From the IMG/VR virus record IMGVR_UViG_3300023184_000026, positions 62,001 to 126,000 of that record: a stretch of DNA of 64,000 bases, one strand, 5' to 3'. The notes beneath the pieces were generated by a model. The model saw only the letters and a list, made by a program, of their open reading frames with translations. It was not told the DNA's origin and ran no database searches. The stretch's first letter is position 1, and each line of letters begins with the position of its first letter. Of this stretch, positions 28,635 to 37,215 are shown piece after piece. The position numbers and the translations under genes were made by a program.

Positions 28635-28859
28635 ATGAAAGATACAAATACACAAAAGACGGGTAAAAATGGTTATGAAATTAGATTGGAAATTCTTGGA
28701 CTAGCAATGGGACAAGCAGACTCAGCTTATTTCAACCAACTTGAGCGACTTCGCCATGTTGCGGGTGATAAAGGAACATGGGAATTGCCAAAAGATAATC
28801 GTGTAGATGAAGCAATGCAAATTGCTGAAAAACTCTACAAGTTTGTTGAGAATAAGTAA
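28635..28859 (+). CDS. Hypothetical protein
   Basis: NGYEIRLEIL...AEKLYKFV small ORF. Confidence 0.6.
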   Translation: MKDTNTQKTGKNGYEIRLEILGLAMGQADSAYFNQLERLRHVAGDKGTWELPKDNRVDEAMQIAEKLYKFVENK

Positions 28860-28913
28860 CAGTTATATCTTGGTGTAACAGATATAAACTAGTGTATTTG
28901 ATTACACCATTAT

Positions 28914-28991
28914 ACAGGTGTAGCGTAACTTGGTTATCGCGTCTGGTTTGGGACCAGAAGACTGTGGGCTCAAATCCCACCACCTGTACCA
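28914..28991 (+). tRNA. tRNA-Pro(TGG), second copy
   Basis: TCTGG-TTTGGGA-CCAGA, CCA. Confidence 0.88.
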
Positions 28992-28999
28992 ATTTTTAT

Positions 29000-29075
29000 G
29001 GCGTTTATAGTGTAGTGGTTCGCACACAAGTTTGTGAAACTTGAAGGACGATTTAGAATATCGTTAGACGCCCCA
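29000..29075 (+). tRNA. tRNA-His(GTG)
   Basis: G-1:C73, loop TTGTGAA, CCA. Confidence 0.85.
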
Positions 29076-29086
29076 ATTTTATTTAT

Positions 29087-29163
29087 AGGTGGGTCGCATA
29101 ATTGGTATTGCAGCAGTCTCCAAAACTGCCACCATGTGGGTTCGAGTCCCACCCCACCTGCCA
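29087..29163 (+). tRNA. tRNA-Trp(CCA)
   Basis: Loop CTCCAAA, G73, CCA. Confidence 0.92.
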
Positions 29164-29464
29164 TTTATTTCAATATAGTATAAAGAATATACAATAATTT
29201 ATTAACATAATAATCGCAATGATGTGTATATATTTAAAGATATGTCAAAGAAAAAAACATCTAAGAAAATTAAACGAGTATCAATGAAAGAAATTGTTGA
29301 TGCATTTTATTCAGGAATTTCGCCAACTAAAATAGGTAAAATGGCAAAACAACTTGTAAAACAACAAGATGCCAGAAATTATTGATGTTAGTTTTTATAA
29401 CAACAAAAACAAAGTTTTAGAAGATAGTTATGTTGTGTATATACAACAACCAAAATAAAATCAT

Positions 29465-30535
29465 ATGAGCAAAATCACTATTCAAAATCTAGCCGAAAGA
29501 TTGTCGGCAGTTGAAACAAAATTAGCCACGCTTTCTGGCCTACAAGCCAGCGGCGTTGATGCATCAAGCATCCAAGAACTGGATATTCGTTTGTCCATCG
29601 TTGAACGTACCGTAGATGAACTGATATCAAAACCTGCCGCCGACGCAGTTGCTGCATTGGTGGCTGCATCGGCAGACGAAGCACCAACAGCTGTAGCAAG
29701 TGTTGTGGCATTGAGCCCATCAGCCACAGTTCCAGACGCCGCTGCAATTGTATCTGAAGTTATAGCAGCACAAGCTGCTGTTGACGCGCCAGAATCGCAA
29801 GAAGTTAATGATGTTGTTGTCGCTGCAATTACTGCAATTCTCACCGCTCCCGCTGATGTTGTAACAGACACAGAAGCTCTGATTGAAGCCATCACCGAAG
29901 CTGTTGCCGAAGTTGCAACAATTGATGATGCAACAGTAGCACAAGCTGCTGCTGACGCAGTTGCTCAAATCATTGAAACCGCAACAGGTGAAGCACCAAC
30001 AGCAGATGTGATTGAACAAATCACAGATGCTGTAGCATCTTGCCCAGTTGAAGCCGCTGTATCCGAAGTTATTACATCCGAAGCAGCACCAGATGCCGTG
30101 GTGGATACGCTCATTGAAAATATTGTTGCTGACAGCCCAAGTGCTGATGTATCAGCCGCCGCCGAAATCGTGGGTTTGGTCGTTGAATCCGTTGTCACCG
30201 CCGATGCTGAAACACAACCAGACGTTGTTGCCGCAGTTGCCGCAGCCGTCGCCGCAGTTGTTAATGCTGAACCAGAAGTGGTACAAGATGCAGAAGCCAT
30301 CACAGAAGCAATCACAGCAGCCGTTGCTGAATTATCAGCACCAGAATCAGAGGATGTGCAAGCTGACGTAGCAGATGCAGTTGCTCAAATTATTGCTACT
30401 GCAACCAACGTAGAAGAAGTCACAGATGCAGTTCAAATTCAAATTGAAGAAGCTGTTGCTGCTGACCCAGAACTAGAAGTCATCAATAGCCGTTTGACGG
30501 AAGTTGAAGCGAAAGTTGGTCTGCTGGGAAAATAG
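29465..30535 (+). CDS. Acidic Ala/Val-rich repeat protein (predicted -1 frameshift extension to 30609)
   Basis: 356 aa, coiled-coil-like ends, ~130-aa internal duplication, no F/W/Y/H. Confidence 0.85.
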   Translation: MSKITIQNLAERLSAVETKLATLSGLQASGVDASSIQELDIRLSIVERTVDELISKPAADAVAALVAASADEAPTAVASVVALSPSATVPDAAAIVSEVIAAQAAVDAPESQEVNDVVVAAITAILTAPADVVTDTEALIEAITEAVAEVATIDDATVAQAAADAVAQIIETATGEAPTADVIEQITDAVASCPVEAAVSEVITSEAAPDAVVDTLIENIVADSPSADVSAAAEIVGLVVESVVTADAETQPDVVAAVAAAVAAVVNAEPEVVQDAEAITEAITAAVAELSAPESEDVQADVADAVAQIIATATNVEEVTDAVQIQIEEAVAADPELEVINSRLTEVEAKVGLLGK

Positions 30536-30588
30536 GTTCCAGCGTAGGACACGTGACAGAGAATATAATGTCCACTGTCAAACGCTGG
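30526..30588 (+). promoter_or_regulatory. Predicted -1 programmed ribosomal frameshift signal
   Basis: In-frame G GGA AAA, 6-nt spacer, stems CCAGCGT/ACGCTGG, GGACA/TGTCC, TGACAG/CTGTCA. Confidence 0.7.
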
Positions 30589-30619
30589 TTTAAAAACTGG
30601 TCAGTGTAATCAAAACTCA

Positions 30620-30645
30620 AAGGCTCCAGAAATGGAGCCTTTTTT
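30620..30645 (+). terminator. Intrinsic terminator
   Basis: AAAGGCTCCA-GAAA-TGGAGCCTTTTTT. Confidence 0.85.
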
Positions 30646-30674
30646 ATTTATTATATGTATATTTATTAATTTAC

Positions 30675-30766
30675 GGAAAAATGGCTGAGTCCGGTCTAAG
30701 GCGTCCGACTTGAAATCGGAAGTAGGCGCAAGTCTACCGTGGGTTCGAATCCTACTTTTTCCGCCA
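30675..30766 (+). tRNA. tRNA-Ser(TGA)
   Basis: Loop CTTGAAA, long variable arm, CCA. Confidence 0.93.
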
Positions 30767-30772
30767 ATTTTT

Positions 30773-30847
30773 GCAGCATAAACATAAATGGTGATGTGCA
30801 AGTTTCGTAAACTTGAAAACCGAGTTCGATTCTCGGACGCTGCTCCA
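30773..30847 (+). tRNA. tRNA-Thr(CGT)
   Basis: Loop TTCGTAA, CCA. Confidence 0.88.
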
Positions 30848-30893
30848 TAATCTTCATATTATAAGTTCATATATAATATACTTATTGGTAGCT

Positions 30894-31568
30894 ATGGCTA
30901 CTAATAATATAACACTAAACGGTCAGACATTTAATAAGTCTGACTCATTCAATCCAAACACAGAAAATCTACAAACAGATGGTCTTTCTGTGCTTTGTTT
31001 CAGTCAAAATGATGATTCTAAAGTAAATGACTGTATCATAGATGGTCAAGATGCACGTTGGGGAGGCAAAGCCTCATTAACATTTGGTCTTGAATATAAT
31101 AGATGCACATTCAAGAATGGCACTGCACGAGCATTTGATATGGTGCGTGGTGGTAATGTTACATTTACTGAATGTATATTTGAAAATACTGTACGCAAGC
31201 CTGTAGTATCTCAGTTTACAGTTGCTGAACAATGCGACATTGGTATAAAAGGTGGTGTACATGATGTAACATTTCATAGTTGCATATTCAATGATATTTT
31301 AATAGGTGATTATAGCATATATGATCAACAAGATCGTCCAAAAGCTCGCCGCTTTACTTTCATCAATTGTAAAAACAAAGATGGTGGACCAATCATTATT
31401 CGTGGCAAATATGTTGATAAAGATTCTATCAATCTTGTTGGTACACATGCAAAAATGTGGGTTTGGCCGTCATTTTTAACCAAATTATATTGGATGTTTA
31501 ATCGCAAGTTTGGCGACACTCGCAAACCAGATGGTTGGAATGTATATGATCATAGAGAATTGGATTAA
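30894..31568 (+). CDS. Right-handed beta-helix-like protein
   Basis: Repeated xxFxxCxF motifs (YNRCTF, VTFTECIF, VTFHSCIF). Confidence 0.55.
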   Translation: MATNNITLNGQTFNKSDSFNPNTENLQTDGLSVLCFSQNDDSKVNDCIIDGQDARWGGKASLTFGLEYNRCTFKNGTARAFDMVRGGNVTFTECIFENTVRKPVVSQFTVAEQCDIGIKGGVHDVTFHSCIFNDILIGDYSIYDQQDRPKARRFTFINCKNKDGGPIIIRGKYVDKDSINLVGTHAKMWVWPSFLTKLYWMFNRKFGDTRKPDGWNVYDHRELD

Positions 31569-31678
31569 AAATACAAAAACATCGTAGTTTTTATATAAAA
31601 ATTTATCTTGCCAAATTGGTAAACGTGTATCATATTTATCGGTTCAAACGTCTAAAGACGAAAACTAAATAATAATAT

Positions 31679-33652
31679 ATGAAATATAATAACACACAAA
31701 ATAACTCGCTGCTTGTGAAGCTCTTTGCTTCTATGATGCTGTTTGTGGTCGCTGTGACCAGTGTATTTGCCATTCCCGGCATTACATCCACAAACCTACA
31801 AACAACTGCGGGTGTAACAGTTACAGATGCAGGTACTACTCTTAGTATCGTCGCCCCAAACAAGTCTGTGCTTACATGGCAGAACTTTGGAAGTGGCACG
31901 GATACTATTGCTATTGGAGACGCACTAAACTATACACTTCCTTCCAATAATGCATCTGTATTAAACATTGTTGCTGGTGGAGCATCCTCAACCATCAACG
32001 GTACACTTTCATCTAACGGCAATGTATATGTCCTCAATCCAAACGGCATCTTGGTCGGTGGCAGTGCTCGAATTGATGTCAATCGTTTGGGCTTGAGCAC
32101 ATCCGACAATCCATCATTTGCTAGTTTTTATTTCCAGCAAAATGGATTTCTTCCGTCTCAAGACGGGTTGGCTCCTGTCGCTGGTAATACAACCATCAAT
32201 AATGGTTCAATCATTGCAGTAAGCGAAAACATTACTCTTGTTTCCAAGAATATCACAATCAACGGTGTATTGTCTCAAGGAAATCTTGTGCTCAATGCTG
32301 ATGGTAATGTTACTGTGGGTTCTGCTGGTATGGCTTATATCGCTGGCAATTTGACTATCAACAATCCAACAGGAACAACTACAATTGGTTCTGCTGGCAA
32401 CAACACAATTATCACCAATAACCTAGTGGTCAATGGAAATTCTACAAGCGCGTTTTCTTCGGTTGCCACTGGTACAATACAAGCCAAGACGTTAAATGTA
32501 ACAGCTGGAACAATTCTGGCCGATCGTATCAGCACAAACAGCACAACTGTCAATGGCACAAATGTCACTGTTAATGTTGGTTCTGGTGCTGGCACGCCTT
32601 CTGTTACCGCAGTTGGCAATGGCACAGTACAAATATCCGCACCTGCGTCTCTTACTGTTAATGTCAGCAACTCTGGTGCTGGTGCAACCACCGTATCTGC
32701 TGGTGGTAATTTGACACTGGGTAAGGTACAAGTAGAAGGTTTGGCTGGTGCTTCATTTACTGGTGCATCTGTGACTGACACTTCGTCCAGAATATTTGTT
32801 TATGGCGGTGCTGCGTTCACTGCAACTGCTGGGAATGTTACTATCGACAAAGGACAACACAGTTTTGGTCCAGTTAGCGTATCTGCTACTGGCGAAGCCT
32901 TGATTGTTGAAGACGCAGCCACACAGTTGAACGTTGTCAACACACCAAAGTTGACATTGCGTTCTGTTGATTATATTTTTCAAACTCCAACAACTGGTGT
33001 AGTTAATAGTGCATTGGTTTCTGTTGTGGGTTCTGGAAATATAACACTTGGTGCAGTCACAAACTCCGCTGGAAATTACACAATCACCGGAAACGATGTT
33101 GTGTTTGCCAACAACGGTGCATTGTCTATATCCACGACCGCAACTGGCAACGCTTCTGTTATATCAACGGGCGCAGTGACTCTCGGCTCAATAGCCACGG
33201 GTGGCACACTAACAGTTACTTCTGCTGGAGCAATCACTCAAGCAGTTGATACCAAAGTCAGTTCGTTTGGATCTGTTCGTTTTGTTGGAACTGGATTGAC
33301 ACTATCAAATGCTGGCAACGGCTTTGGTGGCATCACAGTTGATGTTGGTACTGCCGGTACTGCCACACTCACAGAAGAAACAACTCTAAACCTCGTTTCT
33401 CTTCGCGCTGCGAATGCAACATTGAAAAGTACATTCGATGTTATTACAACTGGTGCATTGCCGGTAGTCGCTGATACATTCAATGTTGTTGTTGGTGGGG
33501 ATTTTGTTCCTGCTGCAAACTTCCGCGCCGTCAATGGTATTACAGTATTGTCTGGTGGAAATGTTGACTTGAGCAATTTGAGTTTGATCACAAACTTGAA
33601 TAACAAGAGCCCAAGCATCATTGCCAAAGGATACAAGGCTCCACAGCCATAA
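31679..33652 (+). CDS. Filamentous-haemagglutinin-like (TPS domain) secreted protein
   Basis: Signal peptide; VLTWQNF, STINGTLSSNGNVYVLNPNGIL; T/G/N/V-rich beta-helical repeats. Confidence 0.85.
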   Translation: MKYNNTQNNSLLVKLFASMMLFVVAVTSVFAIPGITSTNLQTTAGVTVTDAGTTLSIVAPNKSVLTWQNFGSGTDTIAIGDALNYTLPSNNASVLNIVAGGASSTINGTLSSNGNVYVLNPNGILVGGSARIDVNRLGLSTSDNPSFASFYFQQNGFLPSQDGLAPVAGNTTINNGSIIAVSENITLVSKNITINGVLSQGNLVLNADGNVTVGSAGMAYIAGNLTINNPTGTTTIGSAGNNTIITNNLVVNGNSTSAFSSVATGTIQAKTLNVTAGTILADRISTNSTTVNGTNVTVNVGSGAGTPSVTAVGNGTVQISAPASLTVNVSNSGAGATTVSAGGNLTLGKVQVEGLAGASFTGASVTDTSSRIFVYGGAAFTATAGNVTIDKGQHSFGPVSVSATGEALIVEDAATQLNVVNTPKLTLRSVDYIFQTPTTGVVNSALVSVVGSGNITLGAVTNSAGNYTITGNDVVFANNGALSISTTATGNASVISTGAVTLGSIATGGTLTVTSAGAITQAVDTKVSSFGSVRFVGTGLTLSNAGNGFGGITVDVGTAGTATLTEETTLNLVSLRAANATLKSTFDVITTGALPVVADTFNVVVGGDFVPAANFRAVNGITVLSGGNVDLSNLSLITNLNNKSPSIIAKGYKAPQP

Positions 33653-33676
33653 TAGATATTATAAAGTGTATACTTC

Positions 33677-33708
33677 AAAAAACCCAACCATTTACGGTTG
33701 GGTTTTTT
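33677..33708 (+). terminator. Intrinsic terminator
   Basis: AAAAAACCCAACC-ATTTAC-GGTTGGGTTTTTT. Confidence 0.85.
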
Positions 33709-33737
33709 GTTATGTTCATATATATTTATAATAACTT

Positions 33738-33989
33738 ATGAAGAAATCTGAACTCAAAAATCTTATCAAAGAAGTAATGGATGAAATAGTTGAACTTAAT
33801 CCAGAAAAGCAAGAACAAATGACAACCACACAGTTGAATGGGTTGAATCAAAAATCTGAAAAAATGCTAGAAATAATGAAATCAAGTGATGTTAAGTTGG
33901 AACCTTGGATGATTGATCTTATCAGCCAAGCATATCATAATATTGATGCTGTTGCCAACAAACTGATGTTTGGTGATAAAAAAGATTAA
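33738..33989 (+). CDS. Hypothetical protein
   Basis: MKKSELKNLIKE N-terminus; TATTTATA upstream. Confidence 0.65.
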   Translation: MKKSELKNLIKEVMDEIVELNPEKQEQMTTTQLNGLNQKSEKMLEIMKSSDVKLEPWMIDLISQAYHNIDAVANKLMFGDKKD

Positions 33990-34131
33990 GAAAGTTGTTG
34001 ACTTTAGATAAAATTCTGCCACTGTCTTAATCAAGAAAAGGGTGTGATGAATTGATCACACGGAGGTAACGGGTAGGCTTTCCTCCGAAGGACACGAACC
34101 GCAATATGTGCCTTCCTCGTTCTTTATATTT

Positions 34132-34208
34132 CCTCTTATAGCTCAATTGGTTAGAGCGGGTGCTTTATAGGCGCAGGGTTGTGGGTTCAAATCCTACTAG
34201 GAGGACCA
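34132..34208 (+). tRNA. tRNA-Ile(TAT)
   Basis: Loop TTTATAG, A73, CCA. Confidence 0.85.
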
Positions 34209-34296
34209 ATTTTAGCAAAGAGTAACTAGTATAATATTCAACTTGATTCCAACCCAAGCCAAAATATTGTGTGAACTAGTTTACTCGGCTATTTAT

Positions 34297-34372
34297 GGTA
34301 GTGAGGTCGATTGGTTAAGGCAGCGGTTTCATAAGCCGTTCTATGTGGGTTCAATTCCCACCACTACTTCCA
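34297..34372 (+). tRNA. tRNA-Met(CAT)
   Basis: GCGGT-TTCATAA-GCCGT, CCA. Confidence 0.85.
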
Positions 34373-34380
34373 TTTTTAAT

Positions 34381-34456
34381 GCCGCCGAAGTTTATATGGG
34401 TGAACAATTCATTATTAATGAATAAGAAGTTGGTCCGATTCCAACCGGTGGCTCCA
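34381..34456 (+). tRNA. tRNA with ATT anticodon (nominal Asn), Thr-like acceptor
   Basis: ATTCA-TTATTAA-TGAAT; acceptor GCCGCCG/CGGTGGC, U73, CCA. Confidence 0.7.
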
Positions 34457-34511
34457 TTTATTGTATATTGACAAATATGTATTATTGAGTAATATAATAA
34501 CAATATTAAAA

Positions 34512-34676
34512 ATGAGTGAACTAGGTCTATTAAGAATTCTTCCAAAAGAACAATTTACAGAATATAAAGGAAAATGTATACAGGTTCGTGACTTAATAAA
34601 GATACTTGAAAAACAAAATAAAAAAAATACTAATAATGGGCCTGCCCGGCGCAGGAAAAACAACACTGGCAACTGA
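34512..34676 (+). CDS. Hypothetical protein
   Basis: Short ATG ORF after TTGACA promoter. Confidence 0.4.
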   Translation: MSELGLLRILPKEQFTEYKGKCIQVRDLIKILEKQNKKNTNNGPARRRKNNTGN

Positions 34677-35043
34677 ATTAGCCAAGATGTTGAATGCAGT
34701 TCATTTTAACGCTGACGAAATTCGTAAAGAAATCAATAAAGATTTGACGTTTAGTATACAAGATAGAATAGAACAAGCACGTCGTATGAAAGTGTTATGT
34801 GATATAGTTGTTAGGTCTGGAAATTATGCTATAGCAGATTTTGTATGTCCAACAAAACAGGCACAAGATGTATTTATAACAGAAGATACATATGTTGTTT
34901 GGGTTGACAGAACAAAGGTTGGTAGATATGAAGACACCAACAAACTGTTTTATCCTCCAGAGAATTTTGATATGATAGTCAATGAATATGGATCTCCAAA
35001 ATTTTGGTCGCTATTGATTGTTGACGAACTGCAAGCACACTAA
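34606..35043 (+). CDS. Adenylylsulfate-kinase-like P-loop protein
   Basis: GLPGAGKTT, NADEIRK, DLTFS..DR..QA.R, ADFVCP; start codon uncertain. Confidence 0.75.
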   Translation: MKNKIKKILIMGLPGAGKTTLATELAKMLNAVHFNADEIRKEINKDLTFSIQDRIEQARRMKVLCDIVVRSGNYAIADFVCPTKQAQDVFITEDTYVVWVDRTKVGRYEDTNKLFYPPENFDMIVNEYGSPKFWSLLIVDELQAH

Positions 35044-35096
35044 TTGATATATTATATCTTTTGGTCATATATATTATATATATTTCTATATAATAT

Positions 35097-35753
35097 ATGG
35101 CAAAAAAGAGCAAAGTTAAACCAACTGATATAATAAATAGTCCTTTGTTTGCTGGAGTGCCGCCAAAATTTGTAAAAAAAGCGGCTACTTTTTGTGAAGT
35201 AAAAGAGTATAGTGCTGGTTCATTTATAATAAATGAAGGTGAAAAAGGAGACTTTATGTTTATTATACTTGATGGTCAAGTGGATGTATTAAAAGGACCA
35301 AAGAAGATGAAATTAGCCACACTTGGCAAAGGTGTATTTTTGGGAGAAGGTGCATTGGTTAGTAGATCACCAAGAAATGCAAGTATTGTCGCAAAGAGTA
35401 GTGTTAAACTTGCTGTATTTGATCAAAATGGATTTGATAAATTATCTGTTATGCATCCATGTATTCCTGTAACAATGATGAATATACACAACGAAAGATG
35501 CAAAGATACAGTGCGTAAACTCAATATATTAAAATCAAAAGAATTTATATTGATGGCAGCAGTTGGATTGGTGTTGCTTGTAAAAAATTCACATAGTATA
35601 CTTCCAATGAATTTACATGATATTGCAGATCAAATTGCAAGCTATATTCCAGATCAAGTTATGGCATTGGGTGGCCCAGCAGCAGCAGCAATTGGATTGA
35701 AATTAAAACAAATGGAAATGGGTGATATAGTTTCTAAATTAGACAAGATTTGA
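35097..35753 (+). CDS. Cyclic-nucleotide-binding protein with C-terminal hydrophobic segments
   Basis: EGEKGD.MFIILDGQV, FLGEGALV..PRNASIVA phosphate-binding cassette. Confidence 0.85.
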   Translation: MAKKSKVKPTDIINSPLFAGVPPKFVKKAATFCEVKEYSAGSFIINEGEKGDFMFIILDGQVDVLKGPKKMKLATLGKGVFLGEGALVSRSPRNASIVAKSSVKLAVFDQNGFDKLSVMHPCIPVTMMNIHNERCKDTVRKLNILKSKEFILMAAVGLVLLVKNSHSILPMNLHDIADQIASYIPDQVMALGGPAAAAIGLKLKQMEMGDIVSKLDKI

Positions 35754-35810
35754 TAGTTTGTAGTTGACCAGAACAATATAATGTGTATAGTTATGTTTGT
35801 TCTTTGATAC

Positions 35811-35901
35811 GGCTGTGTGGCGGAATTGGCTATACGCACTTCGCTTAGAACGAAGCACCTATAAAAAAGGTATATGGGTTCGACTCCCTTCGCAGCCACC
35901 A
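35811..35901 (+). tRNA. tRNA-Leu(TAG)
   Basis: Loop CTTAGAA, long variable arm, CCA. Confidence 0.9.
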
Positions 35902-36226
35902 ATTTAAATACTTTTTTCTGGTAGTAAATTCTTTGAGGTTCGTCGCCTCATTTACTGGCTGATATACAATGACAAAATCGTGGTTATTATTGATTGAAAT
36001 GAAACGACTTCCGACACGCGGGTCTGATATAATAGTTAGATTAGAGTCCTTGAGGTAATAACTTGATTGTATATCGAAGGAGAGCATAACTGCGGTGCCA
36101 TAACTTGGGATGACCAACCCAACGCGCAGTCAGAAAAAAAATAAGTGCTGACATTGGGGATGACTCACCTGCTGATGAACCAATGGCGCGGAGACGCAGG
36201 TCACTACCGCCAGCACTTCACTTTAT

Positions 36227-36312
36227 GGCAGCGTAGAAGAATTGGCATATTCAGGGGTCTCAAACACCCCCGCCGCAAGGCACTGTGGGTTCAAGTCCCT
36301 CCGCTGCTACCA
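36227..36312 (+). tRNA. tRNA-Leu(CAA)
   Basis: GGGGT-CTCAAAC-ACCCC, long variable arm, CCA. Confidence 0.9.
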
Positions 36313-36316
36313 ATTT

Positions 36317-36502
36317 ATGGATATTATGGATACTCAAACTATTACAACAAACTATGATGCTGGAAAAATTGCAAAGCGAGAAGCAATGCGTAAAGAATTA
36401 AAGCGCATGAAGATGCAACATATGCTTGAACTAAATCAAACTATCAGTGAAAACGCTGATGTTGTTGCAAAAAGATGGATTGCTGAGTTGAAACAAAAAT
36501 AA
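36317..36502 (+). CDS. Hypothetical protein
   Basis: ATG ORF between tRNAs. Confidence 0.5.
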   Translation: MDIMDTQTITTNYDAGKIAKREAMRKELKRMKMQHMLELNQTISENADVVAKRWIAELKQK

Positions 36503-36508
36503 TTTTAT

Positions 36509-36596
36509 GGCCGTATGATGGAACTGGATATACATTTTGGACTTAAAATCCAACGCCCGTAAGGGATTGAGGGTTCAAATCCCTCTGCGGCTACCA
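36509..36596 (+). tRNA. tRNA-Leu(TAA)
   Basis: Loop CTTAAAA, long variable arm, CCA. Confidence 0.92.
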
Positions 36597-36605
36597 ATTT
36601 ATAAT

Positions 36606-36770
36606 ATGAAAACATTATGGAGAATATGGGCAAAAGCCCTTGGAGAAAAAGCAAGTGAAAATGACTGCGAAGCAGATCGTGTTGCATTTATTCGCACACT
36701 TATTGTGCTTTGTTATGTTGTAACAAACATATTCATTGTTGCGGGAGTAATAAAGCATTGGCATGACTAA
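36606..36770 (+). CDS. Small membrane protein
   Basis: WRIWAKALGEK...EADRVAFIRT plus TM segment. Confidence 0.65.
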   Translation: MKTLWRIWAKALGEKASENDCEADRVAFIRTLIVLCYVVTNIFIVAGVIKHWHD

Positions 36771-37215
36771 AGAGCTTTATATTGAAAGCGGCAATCATTG
36801 GATAAATGCTCCATATCCATTGAAACCAAATGATACTGAAGTAAAAATGTATCAACAACATCTATTGACTGGAACTACATTGCTACTTGGTTCTACAGTT
36901 CCTTTATTACCTTTGTGTGATGAAGCAATTGACTTGACTCCAAGAATACAAGATCCAAAAATAATCAAGGGAGATTGGAATAACATAGAAAAATTTTATG
37001 ATAATATTATTGGAGACGGAGTTCTAAATTTAGAAGGAGAAAAGATAATTGAAAATCTTCGTCCCAAGTGCCATAGATTCATAAGCAGAGTATTTTCCAG
37101 AAAATTCTCGTATATGAAATACGCTACATTTTTTTATAAAGATTTTCATAACGCAATCAAAGTGGCAGAAATAAATGAATCATGTCCGATTTTCATCTGG
37201 AAGTTTACAAGTTAG
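36763..37215 (+). CDS. Hypothetical protein (degenerate methyltransferase-like)
   Basis: TLLLGST, GDW, DNIIGDG patterns. Confidence 0.5.
   Translation: MTKELYIESGNHWINAPYPLKPNDTEVKMYQQHLLTGTTLLLGSTVPLLPLCDEAIDLTPRIQDPKIIKGDWNNIEKFYDNIIGDGVLNLEGEKIIENLRPKCHRFISRVFSRKFSYMKYATFFYKDFHNAIKVAEINESCPIFIWKFTS

Noticed and set aside
28871-28909. tRNA minihelix ending in ACCA
   Set aside because: CCA is paired within the hairpin; more simply a 3' hairpin after the upstream gene.
29478-33687. Antisense ORFs within the acidic protein and TPS genes
   Set aside because: Expected from stop-poor reverse frames of Ala/Thr/Val-rich genes.
36143-36218. Fluoride riboswitch, hammerhead or HDV-like/theta ribozyme
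   Set aside because: GGGGATGA and CTGATGA are present but the required partner strands, GAAA core or P3 helix are missing.
23833-36690. Short ORFs overlapping tRNA genes (e.g. 23833, 24191, 24289, 25841, 28732, 35654, 36505)
   Set aside because: Shadow ORFs from tRNA sequence on either strand.
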